DNA from: Podarcis pityusensis
Taxonomy: Eukaryota
Direction: 5' to 3' (one strand)
NCBI GenBank assembly: GCA_964106645.2
Contig: OZ067047.1
DNA length: 64,000 nucleotides
Below the pieces are notes generated by a model, which did not search any database, was not told where the DNA came from, and was given only the letters and a program-made list of their open reading frames with translations. This document shows, piece after piece, positions 63,501 through 64,000 of this stretch. The position numbers were made by a program, and so were the translations under genes. Within the stretch, counting starts at the first letter, position 1. The number at the start of each line of letters is the position of its first letter.

Positions 63501-63780
63501 GGTGTGCCCACCATTTTAGATTTGCAATGCTCTGGTACAGAATCACTCCAGACTGTGGATGTCTTAGCCTTGCACCAAGCAATATAAAAACTGATCCTAG
63601 GATGTTGGGGGAGGGGGGCAGAAAAGTGGGTAGGGACCATCTTGTGCCAAGATCAGCACCCGCCAGATCTTGGCAGCTGCCCAAAGTGTCAGATGCTGAG
63701 GCCAGGCTTACCTCAGAAGGTGGCAGGGGGCATGGAAGAGCCACACAATATATATAATACTATAATATTAGTATATTATA

Positions 63781-64000
63781 CGTAGGGCTGCCTCTGAAGA
63801 CTGCTTGGAAACTTCAGCTAGTGCAGAATTAAGCAGCCGGGTTGCTCACTGGAACAAGACGGTTTGAGCATATTACACCAATCCTGGTCCGACTGCACTG
63901 GCTACCAATTAGTTTCCGGGGCCAATTCAAAGTGCTGGTTTTGACCTGTAAAGCCTTTAAACGGCAAAGGACTGCAACACCTCAAGGACCGCCTCTTTCC
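63781..64000 (+). mobile_element. L2-clade LINE fragment running off the window
   Basis: aaacttcagctagtgcagaat...ctgcactggctacca...caattcaaagtgctggttttgacc, similar to 2185-2280. Confidence 0.8.

Overview
Vertebrate nuclear DNA, most likely from a lacertid lizard (inferred from Sauria SINEs, BovB and the squamate MITE/LINE content). Two + strand protein-coding genes are present. MRPS33 is complete: non-coding exon 1 ends at ~20357 and the CDS is 22899-23116 + 25536-25641 (107 aa). BRAF is partial: exons 1-7 span 36688-61685 and encode the N-terminal region, Ras-binding domain and C1 zinc finger; the kinase exons lie beyond the window. The MRPS33-then-BRAF tandem order matches human 7q34 as I recall it. 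The rest is intergenic or intronic and rich in Sauria SINEs, hAT and Tc1/mariner-pogo MITEs, and L2, CR1, RTE, BovB and L1/Tx1 fragments. Nearly all ORFs in the supplied track are spurious or repeat-derived. I cannot demonstrate a new biological system. The best leads are a C/D-box snoRNA-like or hairpin element ~97 nt upstream of BRAF exon 2, an intragenic CpG cluster over BRAF exon 6, a five-fold CRE array in the BRAF promoter, and an internally deleted RTE that appears to keep both ends.
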